From the sequence record OQ708376.1: DNA of 64,000 nucleotides; one strand, 5' to 3'. The first letter of the stretch is position 1; the number at the start of each line of letters is the position of its first letter. Shown piece by piece: positions 28,794-43,877 of the stretch. The position numbers and the translations under genes were made by a program. The notes beneath the pieces are model-generated. The model was not told the DNA's origin. It did not search any database and worked only from the letters and a program-made list of their open reading frames with translations.

Positions 28794-29393
28794 TTATAGT
28801 TGAACAGGAAGAGCAGCACGTACTTTAATTGCTACAGCAGTAGATGCACCTGCATCACCAACACCATCAGTACCTTGACTTACGAAAGTTTTGGTACGGA
28901 AAACTTTAGCTTGAGCGATAGACTTAGCTAGGTCAACAGTTGGATCAACTGGAGCAGGACATGCTGAACCAGGACGAACTTCTTGCTTGTTAAATACGTC
29001 TTGACGTTCACAGATGAAAGTCAATGCAACAGAATTAGCACCACCTGCTACATCAGCACCACTAGTGCCGAACGCAACTACGTTTGGATTAGCATTTTTG
29101 AAATCAGCAGGAATAACAACTTCTGAATCAAGAGCTAGTAGAGAGGTAGTCACTAGAACTGCACGTTGTTGTAGTAGTTGGGTAACCATGAATAGGTTAT
29201 ATTGAGCATTACTTAGAGCAGTTTGATACGCTTCAGCTTGAACATCAGAACCGTCAGAAGTAACTTTGGTAGTACCTAGTTCAACATCAGTTGGTAGATC
29301 GATTACGATGGTAACGAAACCGTTATTACCACCCCACCATTCGCGAGCAACGCTAGACATACCATAGTTACGGTTAAAAGAATTAAGACTCAT
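28794..29393 (-). CDS. Abundant virion protein, paralogue 1
   Basis: Late promoter ATAAATA at 29440-29446 (minus); AAGGAG SD; strong codon bias. Confidence 0.6.
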   Translation of the reverse strand: MSLNSFNRNYGMSSVAREWWGGNNGFVTIVIDLPTDVELGTTKVTSDGSDVQAEAYQTALSNAQYNLFMVTQLLQQRAVLVTTSLLALDSEVVIPADFKNANPNVVAFGTSGADVAGGANSVALTFICERQDVFNKQEVRPGSACPAPVDPTVDLAKSIAQAKVFRTKTFVSQGTDGVGDAGASTAVAIKVRAALPVQL

Positions 29394-29554
29394 GAAAATC
29401 TCCTTGTCAAATTTTGTGCAGGTATATCCTGCTTAAAGTTATTTATCAAAAAATATCACTAGCATTTAAATTTACTGAGATATTTAATGAATTTCTATGA
29501 TATTATTTATCAAATCTGGGAAAGTGATTCAAGATGTGCTATAATTATTAATGA

Positions 29555-34812
<5,258 letters not shown>

Positions 34813-34822
34813 TTAAAAAATA

Positions 34823-34851
34823 TGGGACAGTATAAAAACCTGTGCTATAAT
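34823..34851 (+). promoter_or_regulatory. Promoter TGGGACA-N16-TATAAT
   Basis: Recurrent motif; second of a tandem pair upstream of the SSB gene. Confidence 0.7.
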
Positions 34852-34938
34852 GTAAAACGTTGAAGGAACAATGAAGTTTCTGAAACATTGAAGCCAATTA
34901 ACAAATAACAAAGAAACCCAAAATCAAGGAAGATATAT

Positions 34939-35991
34939 ATGAAATCTCTAGCTGAAATTCGTGCACACCTAAAAGCAGAACAAGAAAAAGCAGAAGCTCA
35001 AAAGAATGGTACATTTACTGGCGAGCGTAAAGCTGATTCGTTCTTAGCTTTCTGGAACGTACCTTATAACGAACCACTAAACCTACGTTTTCTACCAGAT
35101 GCAGATGAGTCTAACCCATTCTTCTGGCGTGAACGTGACATGATTAACCTAACTTTCAATGGTGTAGTCGGTATGCACACTGATAAAGTTACCGTTCAAG
35201 TACCTTGTAACGAAATGTGGGTTCCTAAATCCTGTCCGGTTCTGAAAGAAGTACGTCAATGGTTCCAAAGTGCGAATGAAACAGGGAACGAAGAACTAAA
35301 AGCAATGGCTGGTCGTTACTGGAAGAAGAAAACCTATCTAATGCAATGTTTTATTGCTCCTGATAGCGTTGCAGTAAAAGACGACATTGCACCAGAAAAT
35401 CCAATTCGTCGTATTCTGGCTAACAAAGATATCTTTGATAAAGTTAAATCCATCCTGCTAAACCCAGGCATCAAAGAGTCTCCAACTCACTACGTTCAAG
35501 GTCGTGATTTTGGTATTGTTAAAACTAAGAATGGTGGTGGTTATAATAGCTACGACATGTCTCAATTCTCCATGTCTGAGCGTCCACTAAACGAAGAAGA
35601 ACTAGCAGCAATTGAAAAATATGGCCTATACAATCTAAATGATTTTATGCCAAAACAACCAACTCCAGAAGAGTTGAAAGCAATTGAAGAAATGTTCGAA
35701 GCATCAGTAAATGGTGAAGCATATGATCCAGCACGTTGGGCATTTGCATATCGTCCAGCAGGTGTACCAAAACCTAACTCTGGAACTGTTACTGAATCAA
35801 AACCAACTCCTGCTCCAGTACAACAAGAGTCAGAACCTGCACCAGTAGCACCTACTGCTCCAGTTACACCAGCCCCACAAGCTGCTCCAGTAACTCCAGT
35901 CGCTACCCCAGCAGCAACCACTCCTGAAGCACCAAAAGAACAACTATCTGCATCTGCACTAGTTGCTCGTTTGAAACAACAAGGTAAGTAA
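34939..35991 (+). CDS. gp32: Single-stranded DNA-binding protein
   Basis: LRFLPD, VPCNE...CPV, YWKKKTY, GRDF, YNSYD.S.F; Pro/Ala linker near the C-terminus. Confidence 0.88.
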   Translation: MKSLAEIRAHLKAEQEKAEAQKNGTFTGERKADSFLAFWNVPYNEPLNLRFLPDADESNPFFWRERDMINLTFNGVVGMHTDKVTVQVPCNEMWVPKSCPVLKEVRQWFQSANETGNEELKAMAGRYWKKKTYLMQCFIAPDSVAVKDDIAPENPIRRILANKDIFDKVKSILLNPGIKESPTHYVQGRDFGIVKTKNGGGYNSYDMSQFSMSERPLNEEELAAIEKYGLYNLNDFMPKQPTPEELKAIEEMFEASVNGEAYDPARWAFAYRPAGVPKPNSGTVTESKPTPAPVQQESEPAPVAPTAPVTPAPQAAPVTPVATPAATTPEAPKEQLSASALVARLKQQGK

Positions 35992-36009
35992 TAGTTTTTG
36001 AAAAGTTAA

Positions 36010-36035
36010 GGGGCAACGGAGTTTGCCCCGTTTTA
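36010..36035 (+). terminator. Intrinsic terminator
   Basis: GGGGCAA-cggagt-TTGCCCC followed by Ts. Confidence 0.7.
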
Positions 36036-36060
36036 TTTCATAAAATTCAAGGAGCGAATT

Positions 36061-37179
36061 ATGAAAATGACAAGTGGTTTTGCGAACATTCTTAAAAACA
36101 GTACTGGTAGTGTTAAAAAGAATACTGGTGTTAGTGTTGGTTTTCATGATCCAGATACATGGGTTAGTACTGGTAACTACGCACTAAATTATCGCATCAG
36201 TGGCTATTTTGACCGTGGTATCCCACTAGGCAAAGTAACTATGTTTGCTGGTGAATCAGGTAGTGGTAAATCTTTTATCGTATCTGGTAATATTGCACGT
36301 GAAGCTCAAAAACAAGGCATCTTTGTTGTTATGATTGACTCAGAGAACGCATTGGATTCAGATTGGCTTCAAGCACTTGGTGTTGACACTTCTGAAGAAA
36401 AACTTTTGAAAGTCAATATGGGTATGATTGGTGACGTTGCAAAATTCACCTATGAGTTCATTGAAGGATATCGTAAAGAATACGAAAATACACCTAAAGA
36501 TGAACGTCAAAAAGTATTGTTTATTATTGATTCAATTGGTATGCTAAACACTGAAGTAGCCAATGATCAAATGAAAGCGGGTAACCTTAAAGGTGACATG
36601 GGTCATAAACCCAAACAGCTTAAAGCATATATCACAAACTGTGTAAACTCTATTGGTTCATTGAACATTGGTATGGTTTGCGTTAACCACAGTTATGAAT
36701 CTCAGGACATGTTTAACCCAGATCCTAAAGTTTCAGGTGGTAGTGGTTTGATTTATGCTTCATCTATGGTTATCGCAATGGGTAAATTAAAACTTAAAGA
36801 AGATGAAGACGGAAATAAAACTTCCGAAGTAAATGGTATTCGTGCTAAATGTAAAGTCATGAAGACTCGTTACAACAAGCCGTTTGAAGATGTAGAAATT
36901 AAAATTCCTTGGGATAAAGGTATGGACCCACGTAGTGGTCTACTAGATATGTTTGAAAAATACGGTCTAATCACTAAATCAGGTAACCGTCTATTGTATG
37001 TTGATATTGTAACTGGCGAACAGATTCTAAAATATCGCAAAGAGTGGATGCGTAATGAAGATTCATGTCTTGATTTGGTAATGCATCAATTTAAAAATCA
37101 TCCTTTGATTGAAGAAGTTAAAGAAGAAGAAAAAGGTGATGAAACTTTTGGTACTGATGTGGATATTAGTGAGGAATAA
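36061..37179 (+). CDS. uvsX: RecA-like recombinase
   Basis: GESGSGKS, IDSENA, IIDSIG, SGGSG, KTRY. Confidence 0.93.
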   Translation: MKMTSGFANILKNSTGSVKKNTGVSVGFHDPDTWVSTGNYALNYRISGYFDRGIPLGKVTMFAGESGSGKSFIVSGNIAREAQKQGIFVVMIDSENALDSDWLQALGVDTSEEKLLKVNMGMIGDVAKFTYEFIEGYRKEYENTPKDERQKVLFIIDSIGMLNTEVANDQMKAGNLKGDMGHKPKQLKAYITNCVNSIGSLNIGMVCVNHSYESQDMFNPDPKVSGGSGLIYASSMVIAMGKLKLKEDEDGNKTSEVNGIRAKCKVMKTRYNKPFEDVEIKIPWDKGMDPRSGLLDMFEKYGLITKSGNRLLYVDIVTGEQILKYRKEWMRNEDSCLDLVMHQFKNHPLIEEVKEEEKGDETFGTDVDISEE

Positions 37180-37640
37180 TGAAACCTTGGCATTGGATTA
37201 TCAAAGATGATAAATCTAAAATTATTGAAATGATTGAGTTCTTTAACAAAGAAGTTGAAGAAGCTCGTCGTGAAGTAAAGAAGATTGGCATCATTGAAAA
37301 AATTGCTCAAGAGATTCCTGGCTGGCATGAGACGCGTCTAAGCCAGCTTCAAGAACTTGAAGCAGTATTGGAAATGTTAGAAATTGAAATGCGTCAGGTA
37401 CAAGCCGAGAAGTTCAAATACTTTCTCGAAGGATACCGCCGTGCACTATCTTCATCTGACTGTAAAAAGTATGTTGAAGGTGATAAAGATGTTTGTGAGT
37501 TAGCAGAACTTATAAACGAGGTATCTTATATAAGAAATACATATTCAAGTATTGTTAAATCCTTAGAGATGAAAGCTTTTCAGTTAAACAATATTGTGAG
37601 ACTACGTGCCGCTGGTATTGAGGATGCACGTTTAGAATAA
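37179..37640 (+). CDS. uvsY: Recombination mediator
   Basis: KKYVEGD...KAFQLNNIVRLRAAG; follows uvsX. Confidence 0.8.
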   Translation: MKPWHWIIKDDKSKIIEMIEFFNKEVEEARREVKKIGIIEKIAQEIPGWHETRLSQLQELEAVLEMLEIEMRQVQAEKFKYFLEGYRRALSSSDCKKYVEGDKDVCELAELINEVSYIRNTYSSIVKSLEMKAFQLNNIVRLRAAGIEDARLE

Positions 37641-37648
37641 TTATCATT

Positions 37649-37673
37649 AAGGACGCATATCGCGTCCTTTTTC
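37649..37673 (+). terminator. Intrinsic terminator
   Basis: AAGGACGC-atatc-GCGTCCTT followed by TTT. Confidence 0.7.
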
Positions 37674-37687
37674 TATGCGAGAATAAA

Positions 37688-38506
37688 ATGACAAAATTAA
37701 ATGAGTTTTTATCAAATGTAGCAGTTCTAGATACTGAAACTACTGGGGTTGAGAGTGAAGATGATATTATTGAATTTAGTATCTCGTATCCACATACTTC
37801 ACATGAAAACATTGATACTATTGATAACTATACATTGAGATACAAACCCTTGAAAGATATTCCACCAGAGGCATCTGCTGTACACTTTATCAGTACTGAG
37901 GATGTAGCTAATTGTGTTGGGTATAAAGATGATTTAGATAACATTGATGCACTTATGGGATGCCGTAAGTATTTTGTTGGTCATAATGTACAATTTGACC
38001 GTAGAATGATGGTAGATAACGAATATAAATATCGTAACTCAATTTCACAGTACTTACTTGATGAAAATAAATGGATTTGTACCCTTCGTCTTGCTAAGAA
38101 AATGTTCGCAGAAGATATTGAATTTAAAAACTTAACTCTAAGTTATTTGTGGTATAAGTTTGGATGTTATCGTGATGTTCATCGACCTGTTAATGCACAC
38201 GCAGCAAAAGACGATGTGTTCATGTGTTATCAGGTTCTAATCAAATTAGTTGAAATTGCAATCGAACGTGGACATATTGAACCTAATGGTGATATTGGTG
38301 AGCAAATTGTAACTTTCTGCAACACACCAATGCGTTATCAATTCATGCCATTTGGTAAACACAAAGGTGAGCCAATGAGTACAGTTCCATTGAATTACAT
38401 TGAATGGATGATTACTAATAGTGACATTTTAGATGCAAGTAACCCTAACTGTGATAAAGATTTAGTATATACATTTGAGTACGAATATAATACTCGAACT
38501 AATTAA
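37688..38506 (+). CDS. DEDDh 3'-5' exonuclease (ExoX/DnaQ-like)
   Basis: LDTETTG, GHNVQFD, HAAKDD; C-terminal MPFGKHKG. Confidence 0.9.
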   Translation: MTKLNEFLSNVAVLDTETTGVESEDDIIEFSISYPHTSHENIDTIDNYTLRYKPLKDIPPEASAVHFISTEDVANCVGYKDDLDNIDALMGCRKYFVGHNVQFDRRMMVDNEYKYRNSISQYLLDENKWICTLRLAKKMFAEDIEFKNLTLSYLWYKFGCYRDVHRPVNAHAAKDDVFMCYQVLIKLVEIAIERGHIEPNGDIGEQIVTFCNTPMRYQFMPFGKHKGEPMSTVPLNYIEWMITNSDILDASNPNCDKDLVYTFEYEYNTRTN

Positions 38507-38521
38507 TAAAGGTAATCATGG

Positions 38522-40006
38522 ATGAAAACTTGTAAGTTAACCTTATTGGATGAGGTGAATTGTAAATTTGAGGGACTTGATCCCTCAATTAGACAAAAGA
38601 TGATTCGTGCAACTGAATATGTGTTGCCATATGCAAAGTTCACACCAGCAGGACGTATTGGACGTTGGGATGGTAAAGTTCAGTTTATGAATTTAGGCGG
38701 GACAACTTATTATCATATGTTAGATAAGTTATTGCCTATTCTTGATGAAGCTAAGATTGACATTGAATTAGTAGATCATAGGGTAGATTATGGATTTAAA
38801 TTTGACCCTATTGATGAAGATATTTTTAGTGATGTTGTATTCGGTGCAGGACACCACATGGAAGGTAAATCCATAAAACTGCGTGAACATCAAGTTAATG
38901 CGGTTAATGCATGTTTGGCTAATCCACACGGACTACTATTGGCAGCTACTGGTGCAGGTAAAACTCTCATTACTGCTGCATTGTCAAAGAAAGTGCAAGA
39001 GTATGGACGTTCTGTTATAATAGTACCAAGTACTGATTTAGTACAACAAACATATGATGACTATATTATGTGTGGCTTGGACACTGGTATGTTCTATGGT
39101 TCACAAAAAGATTTCGGTCACCAACATACAATCACGACTTGGCAATCTTTTAACTCTCTTTGGAAGAAAACCAAAAAAGGTGAAATAGAATTAACAGAAC
39201 AAGACGTGAATGATTTTATCGATGGAGTAGTTTGTGTTATCGTTGATGAGTGTCAAGGTGCAGGCGGTGACGCATTAGTTCAAGTACTTTCTAAAGTTAT
39301 GAATAACGTACCATTACGTTGGGGTCTTACTGGAACAATTCCTAAAGATCCGGTAGTTGCCGCGAAAATCAAATGTAATGTTGGTGATGTTATATTTAAA
39401 ATAACTGCAAAGGAATTACAAGATAAACAAATACTAAGTACATGTAATGTGAATTGCATCAAACTAAAAAGTAGTATGAAGTTTGCATCATATGCTGAAG
39501 AGTTGAAATACTTAGTAACTGACAGAGATAGGATGGCATATGTAGCGTCATTGATATCTGCGTTATCTGAATCAGGAAACACTTTAGTTTTAGTAGATAG
39601 ACTTGAAGCAGGTGAGTTGCTATGTGAATTTTTAGGCATTCCCAAATCAGAATTCGTTCGTGGAGAAACTAAAAAGAAAGATCGAGAATCATCTTATGGT
39701 GAAATTCGTTGGGCTGATAATAAAATACTTATTGCGACATACGGCGTTGCCAGTACTGGTATTAGTATTTCAAGGTTATATAATGTAGTATTGATTGAGC
39801 CAGGAAAAAGTTTTGTAAGAACTATACAGTCAATTGGACGTGGATTACGCCGAGCAGAAGATAAAGATCACGTAGAAATATATGATATTAGTGGTTCTAA
39901 TAAGTATAGTGCAAAGCATTTACGAGAACGTTTAGCTTACTATAAGGAAGCACAATATCCTCATAGTATTATAGATGTTAAAGATTGGGAAAACACAGCG
40001 GGATAA
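38522..40006 (+). CDS. uvsW: SF2 DNA helicase
   Basis: ATGAGKT, IVDECQ, GLTGT, STGISI, QSIGRGLR. Confidence 0.92.
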   Translation: MKTCKLTLLDEVNCKFEGLDPSIRQKMIRATEYVLPYAKFTPAGRIGRWDGKVQFMNLGGTTYYHMLDKLLPILDEAKIDIELVDHRVDYGFKFDPIDEDIFSDVVFGAGHHMEGKSIKLREHQVNAVNACLANPHGLLLAATGAGKTLITAALSKKVQEYGRSVIIVPSTDLVQQTYDDYIMCGLDTGMFYGSQKDFGHQHTITTWQSFNSLWKKTKKGEIELTEQDVNDFIDGVVCVIVDECQGAGGDALVQVLSKVMNNVPLRWGLTGTIPKDPVVAAKIKCNVGDVIFKITAKELQDKQILSTCNVNCIKLKSSMKFASYAEELKYLVTDRDRMAYVASLISALSESGNTLVLVDRLEAGELLCEFLGIPKSEFVRGETKKKDRESSYGEIRWADNKILIATYGVASTGISISRLYNVVLIEPGKSFVRTIQSIGRGLRRAEDKDHVEIYDISGSNKYSAKHLRERLAYYKEAQYPHSIIDVKDWENTAG

Positions 40007-40027
40007 ACCCGCTGTTTGTGATATAAT
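39999..40027 (+). promoter_or_regulatory. Promoter CGGGATA-N16-TATAAT
   Basis: Variant of the recurrent motif. Confidence 0.55.
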
Positions 40028-40061
40028 GTGTCATATGACAACAACAAGGACGTAAAATAAA

Positions 40062-40490
40062 ATGGAATTGAGATCTAGTATTGCTTTTATCTGTGACCAA
40101 GAAACTTTAGAAGTTATGGATGTATTGTTGAACGATGATGGTATTATGGATGACATGGTATCTTCTCTTGACTATATACCTGAGCTAGAAACGGATGATA
40201 CTAACGTATGGAGATGTAATATTGATAGTGATTCTTGGATTAATATCTATGAATTACAAACACGAATTGATTCTAAAGTAGAATCATTGAAATATGATAT
40301 CATCTATGCAAGTACTGACACGAAAACTTTTATTGATGTAGTAAGTCTAAGTGGTAATTTTGATTCATATCTGGATACTGATGTAGATAAAATTCAAGAG
40401 ATGTGTGAAACTTATGGACTTGAATTTTATGGTGTAGAAGACCAAGATGATGAAGAATATTATGATGACGAAGAAGATTCGCAGTACTAA
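40062..40490 (+). CDS. Hypothetical acidic protein
   Basis: ORF with SD. Confidence 0.7.
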   Translation: MELRSSIAFICDQETLEVMDVLLNDDGIMDDMVSSLDYIPELETDDTNVWRCNIDSDSWINIYELQTRIDSKVESLKYDIIYASTDTKTFIDVVSLSGNFDSYLDTDVDKIQEMCETYGLEFYGVEDQDDEEYYDDEEDSQY

Positions 40491-40499
40491 GGAGATGAC

Positions 40500-40997
40500 A
40501 TGAACGTATTAACACCTGAAAATAATTCTTTTGACATGGATTTAGTAACAGAACATATCCCTGAAGAAATGTATTGTGTTTTGGATCTAAGCCCAAATGG
40601 TGAATCTGATTTTTATTTTAGACATATTCTAAACACCGTATCATTTAATAGTATTAGTGCTGATCTTCAAATTGGTGAAAAGATTATTCAAGTGCCTCTA
40701 GGATGGCAAATTATGTTAGGTGATGAAGAAACTGGTATGGTTGAGATGTGTACAATTGAAAACATTCTTAACATGAAAGAACCAAAAGCTTTTGTTTACA
40801 ATCCTATCCGTTCAATGTATCCTAAGTTTGAACCAGTCAAAGTACTACGTGTATTTGCATTAACTACAAAGTGGCAGATACCAATGTTACCTAAAAAGAA
40901 TTTACTATGCGTCCCACTACATAGTGGTGAAAATCCACCATGTGTGTACTTTGCAGATGAAAACGAAAAAATTCAAGATTTGTATCTAGGAGTATAA
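40500..40997 (+). CDS. Conserved hypothetical protein
   Basis: AAGGAG SD; 165 aa. Confidence 0.7.
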   Translation: MNVLTPENNSFDMDLVTEHIPEEMYCVLDLSPNGESDFYFRHILNTVSFNSISADLQIGEKIIQVPLGWQIMLGDEETGMVEMCTIENILNMKEPKAFVYNPIRSMYPKFEPVKVLRVFALTTKWQIPMLPKKNLLCVPLHSGENPPCVYFADENEKIQDLYLGV

Positions 40998-41001
40998 AAT
41001 A

Positions 41002-41847
41002 GTGTTTGATTTCAGTGATATTAAAAATAAGTCGGTCGATGATGATGAAAAACCAACACAGCATTCTTTTTCTATTGCTGAATTTCTAAAACACATTGAC
41101 CGTGCTGATTATAAGTACTATAATGACATGACCGAAAAAGAACGAAAAGAGTTTACTCCATATACTGTTTTGCGATGGGTAAGCTCTTTAGATGATTCGT
41201 TACAAGTAACCTACCCTAGTAGTAAAGTTGAAAGTGTATTTGGAAAATGGAAATCTGGTGGTAAAGAAGCACTGACTGAACTAGTTACTGAATTAAAGTC
41301 TTCAGGGACAAATGTTTCATCAGTAACTAAGTACTGTCATAGTGATTATGATTGGCGTATTAAATTTGCAGTCCAATCAAAAGATGACGCACAAAAATTA
41401 ATATCCTCAATGGTCGAATTTGGCGTATCAGGTTCAGAAATTGTTTCATTAGTAGATACTGAAGTTGTCAAATACCAACTTATTATGCTAAATGATATGG
41501 TTAATGATGGATTTTGGGATATGAAAGAACATCCAGAATTAGTATATCAGCTTATGTGTTCAGTCCATGATATGATTGGTGGACAAGAAATGCCACGTAA
41601 CTGGTTAAACTTTTCTAAGAATTTCAAAAAGGCAAATAACGAATTATTTGAGTTAATTAAAAGCTCACAACCTGATACTATATCTACTCAAATGAATGAA
41701 GATGAGTACAAAATTGTTCTATTGCAGTATGATAAAAAAACATTTGAGACATTTCTTGACAATAATGGTTTTCAAGATAATGAAAAGAAATCTATGATGA
41801 AATTGTTTAAAGAAGAATGTAAAAAATATGGCAAAGAAATCAAGTAA
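41002..41847 (+). CDS. Probable clamp-loader small subunit, gp62-like, with central insertion
   Basis: KEFTPY.VLRWVS and LN..VN..FW....HPELVYQL.C motifs. Confidence 0.5.
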   Translation: MFDFSDIKNKSVDDDEKPTQHSFSIAEFLKHIDRADYKYYNDMTEKERKEFTPYTVLRWVSSLDDSLQVTYPSSKVESVFGKWKSGGKEALTELVTELKSSGTNVSSVTKYCHSDYDWRIKFAVQSKDDAQKLISSMVEFGVSGSEIVSLVDTEVVKYQLIMLNDMVNDGFWDMKEHPELVYQLMCSVHDMIGGQEMPRNWLNFSKNFKKANNELFELIKSSQPDTISTQMNEDEYKIVLLQYDKKTFETFLDNNGFQDNEKKSMMKLFKEECKKYGKEIK

Positions 41848-42538
41848 TAAAGTATATACCTGTAGATTTTGTGATCGTGAATTTAAACGTGAAGAAACTG
41901 TAAACACACATAAATGTATAAAACGTGACCGATACGAAGACCGCCAAAGCCGCCAGATGATGGAGGCTTTTCGTATATATATGCAATTTATGGAATTGAA
42001 TAAGTTCCCATTTAAAAAAGGCGTAGAGCCTTTTATTGCTTTTATAAAGTCAAAGTACTTTAATGATTTTTATAGTTTTGCCGAATACTATTTGAATAAT
42101 AGAGATATTATTAATGTGGACGAGTTTGTAAAGTACTTGATTATCAATAACAAACCAATCACGGAATGGAGTACATATAAAGCAAAAGATGAATGGATAT
42201 TAAAAACAATTCGTGCCGAGCACCCAAAAGAAGCAATTGCAAGAAGTGTTATCTCACTGGTTGAATGGGCTGAAAATTTGAATGTACAATGGAATACTTT
42301 CTTTGAAAATGTAAGTTCTGCCCGTGCAATTGCATGGATTGAGAGTGGTAAAATTTCACCTTGGATTATCTGGCTTGCTCCTAAAAAAAGTACTAATAAG
42401 TTTTTTAAAAAACTATCAAACTCAGAAATTGAATATATACTTAAATACATCGATCCAAGTTATTTTGAAATCAAAACTATAAAATACAAAAAGGATTGTG
42501 ATGAAATTAAGATTATGCTATGTGAGGCAGGATTATGA
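41828..42538 (+). CDS. Hypothetical protein with N-terminal zinc finger
   Basis: YTCRFCDREF......HKC. Confidence 0.7.
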   Translation: MAKKSSNKVYTCRFCDREFKREETVNTHKCIKRDRYEDRQSRQMMEAFRIYMQFMELNKFPFKKGVEPFIAFIKSKYFNDFYSFAEYYLNNRDIINVDEFVKYLIINNKPITEWSTYKAKDEWILKTIRAEHPKEAIARSVISLVEWAENLNVQWNTFFENVSSARAIAWIESGKISPWIIWLAPKKSTNKFFKKLSNSEIEYILKYIDPSYFEIKTIKYKKDCDEIKIMLCEAGL

Positions 42539-42864
42539 ATGGAAAAAGTATATATAATAAAATACCAGAAGGGTATGTACCTGTACCTAAAGAACAAAAA
42601 TCAAAACAAATATCTCTACTTAGACAAGGATCTATTACTGAAATAACTTTAGATGGTAAAACATTTCAAGTTCATGATCCTGCTCGTATTGAAAAAATTA
42701 TTTCTTTGGTAGAAAGACACGAAGAACGCTTTTTCAGTTTAAGTCAAGAATTGGCAAAGACAAAACAAAATTGTAGATTATTAGAGAATCAAATATCAAC
42801 TTTGACTAATACAGTTAAACAGTTACAGGAGCAAATAAAAAATGCAGGATTCGACCGATTCTAA
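42535..42864 (+). CDS. Hypothetical coiled-coil protein
   Basis: Heptad-rich C-terminal half. Confidence 0.65.
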   Translation: MNGKSIYNKIPEGYVPVPKEQKSKQISLLRQGSITEITLDGKTFQVHDPARIEKIISLVERHEERFFSLSQELAKTKQNCRLLENQISTLTNTVKQLQEQIKNAGFDRF

Positions 42865-43480
42865 ACATTATAGAAAAGCCCGAACTGATATTGACATTGA
42901 CTTCAAGGATAGTAAAAGCGTAATCGCTAAACTTCCATGTGTGCGAAGTACTGAAAAAATTACGGAGGATGGTTTAATCCCCCATAATAGTGGTGTTCAT
43001 TTTGATAATATACCTATTGATCCAATCACTGGATTGGCAAGTATACAATATAAAGAAGCTGAAAGGTTAGGGTATCAAAAAGTTGATATTCTTTCACAGT
43101 CAGCTTACATGTATGTTCGTGATAGAGAGCATTTAAAAGAACTAATGAATCAGGAACCAAATTGGGATCTATTGTTAGAACCCGAAATTGTAGAACATCT
43201 ATCGCAAATTAAAAAACATGTAACTTTATTAAATGTATGGAAGCCTAAATCTATAGACGAACTAGCAATGTTTATTGCAATGATTCGCCCAGGAAAAAGG
43301 CAGTGCCAAAGTATGAACACATGGGACGAAGTTAAAGCTACCATATGGGATTATAGTACTATAGGCACTGACCAAGCAGGAAATAAATTACGATATTTCA
43401 AAAAGCCACATGCTTACGCATATAGCTTAATGATTGTTGTACAACTAAATGCTTTAGTTGAACATCTTACTTCTTCTTAA
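42842..43480 (+). CDS. Miniature DNA polymerase III alpha (DnaE)-like protein
   Basis: DIDIDF, HNSGV, GYQKVDIL, IAMIRPG and FKKPHAYAY appear in DnaE order. Confidence 0.8.
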   Translation: MQDSTDSKHYRKARTDIDIDFKDSKSVIAKLPCVRSTEKITEDGLIPHNSGVHFDNIPIDPITGLASIQYKEAERLGYQKVDILSQSAYMYVRDREHLKELMNQEPNWDLLLEPEIVEHLSQIKKHVTLLNVWKPKSIDELAMFIAMIRPGKRQCQSMNTWDEVKATIWDYSTIGTDQAGNKLRYFKKPHAYAYSLMIVVQLNALVEHLTSS

Positions 43481-43820
43481 GAGCCACATTACGACGCTTG
43501 ATGCGTTTCTGTGGCAAATTGCTTAAAGAAACTACTGGACCACATACGAAATTCACCGACGGTGTATCGAATCTCTGTGTGTACGGTTCAAATTTCTCCA
43601 TCTCTTCTTGAAAGAATAGACAAACTGGAATGGTTCTATTACTTTGCCACCACCAATCGTGTGCTATACCTAACAATTCGTCTTGCATTGAATCATCCAT
43701 ATCATCGAAACAGTAAAGAGTTGTATACTGTTTGCTTTTGATTTTGATGATACCAACAAACGTTTTACCATCATACTGGATTACAGTAATGAATGGTGGA
43801 ATAGTGTTATATTGATTCAT
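43467..43820 (-). CDS. Conserved hypothetical protein
   Basis: 117-aa ORF with SD; divergent late-type promoter upstream. Confidence 0.65.
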   Translation of the reverse strand: MNQYNTIPPFITVIQYDGKTFVGIIKIKSKQYTTLYCFDDMDDSMQDELLGIAHDWWWQSNRTIPVCLFFQEEMEKFEPYTQRFDTPSVNFVCGPVVSLSNLPQKRIKRRNVALKKK

Positions 43821-43877
43821 ATTAGTTCCATAAATATTAGTATAAATTTATACCTATTATTTATGGAAGGAAAAACT

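Noticed and set aside
35800-35935. Pro/Ala repeat-like tract in gp32
   Set aside because: It is a low-complexity linker without a true repeat unit.
42842-42864. +1 frameshift fusing the coiled-coil ORF to the mini-DnaE (23-nt overlap containing CGA)
   Set aside because: The downstream ORF has its own GGAG SD and ATG; an ordinary overlap is the simpler explanation.
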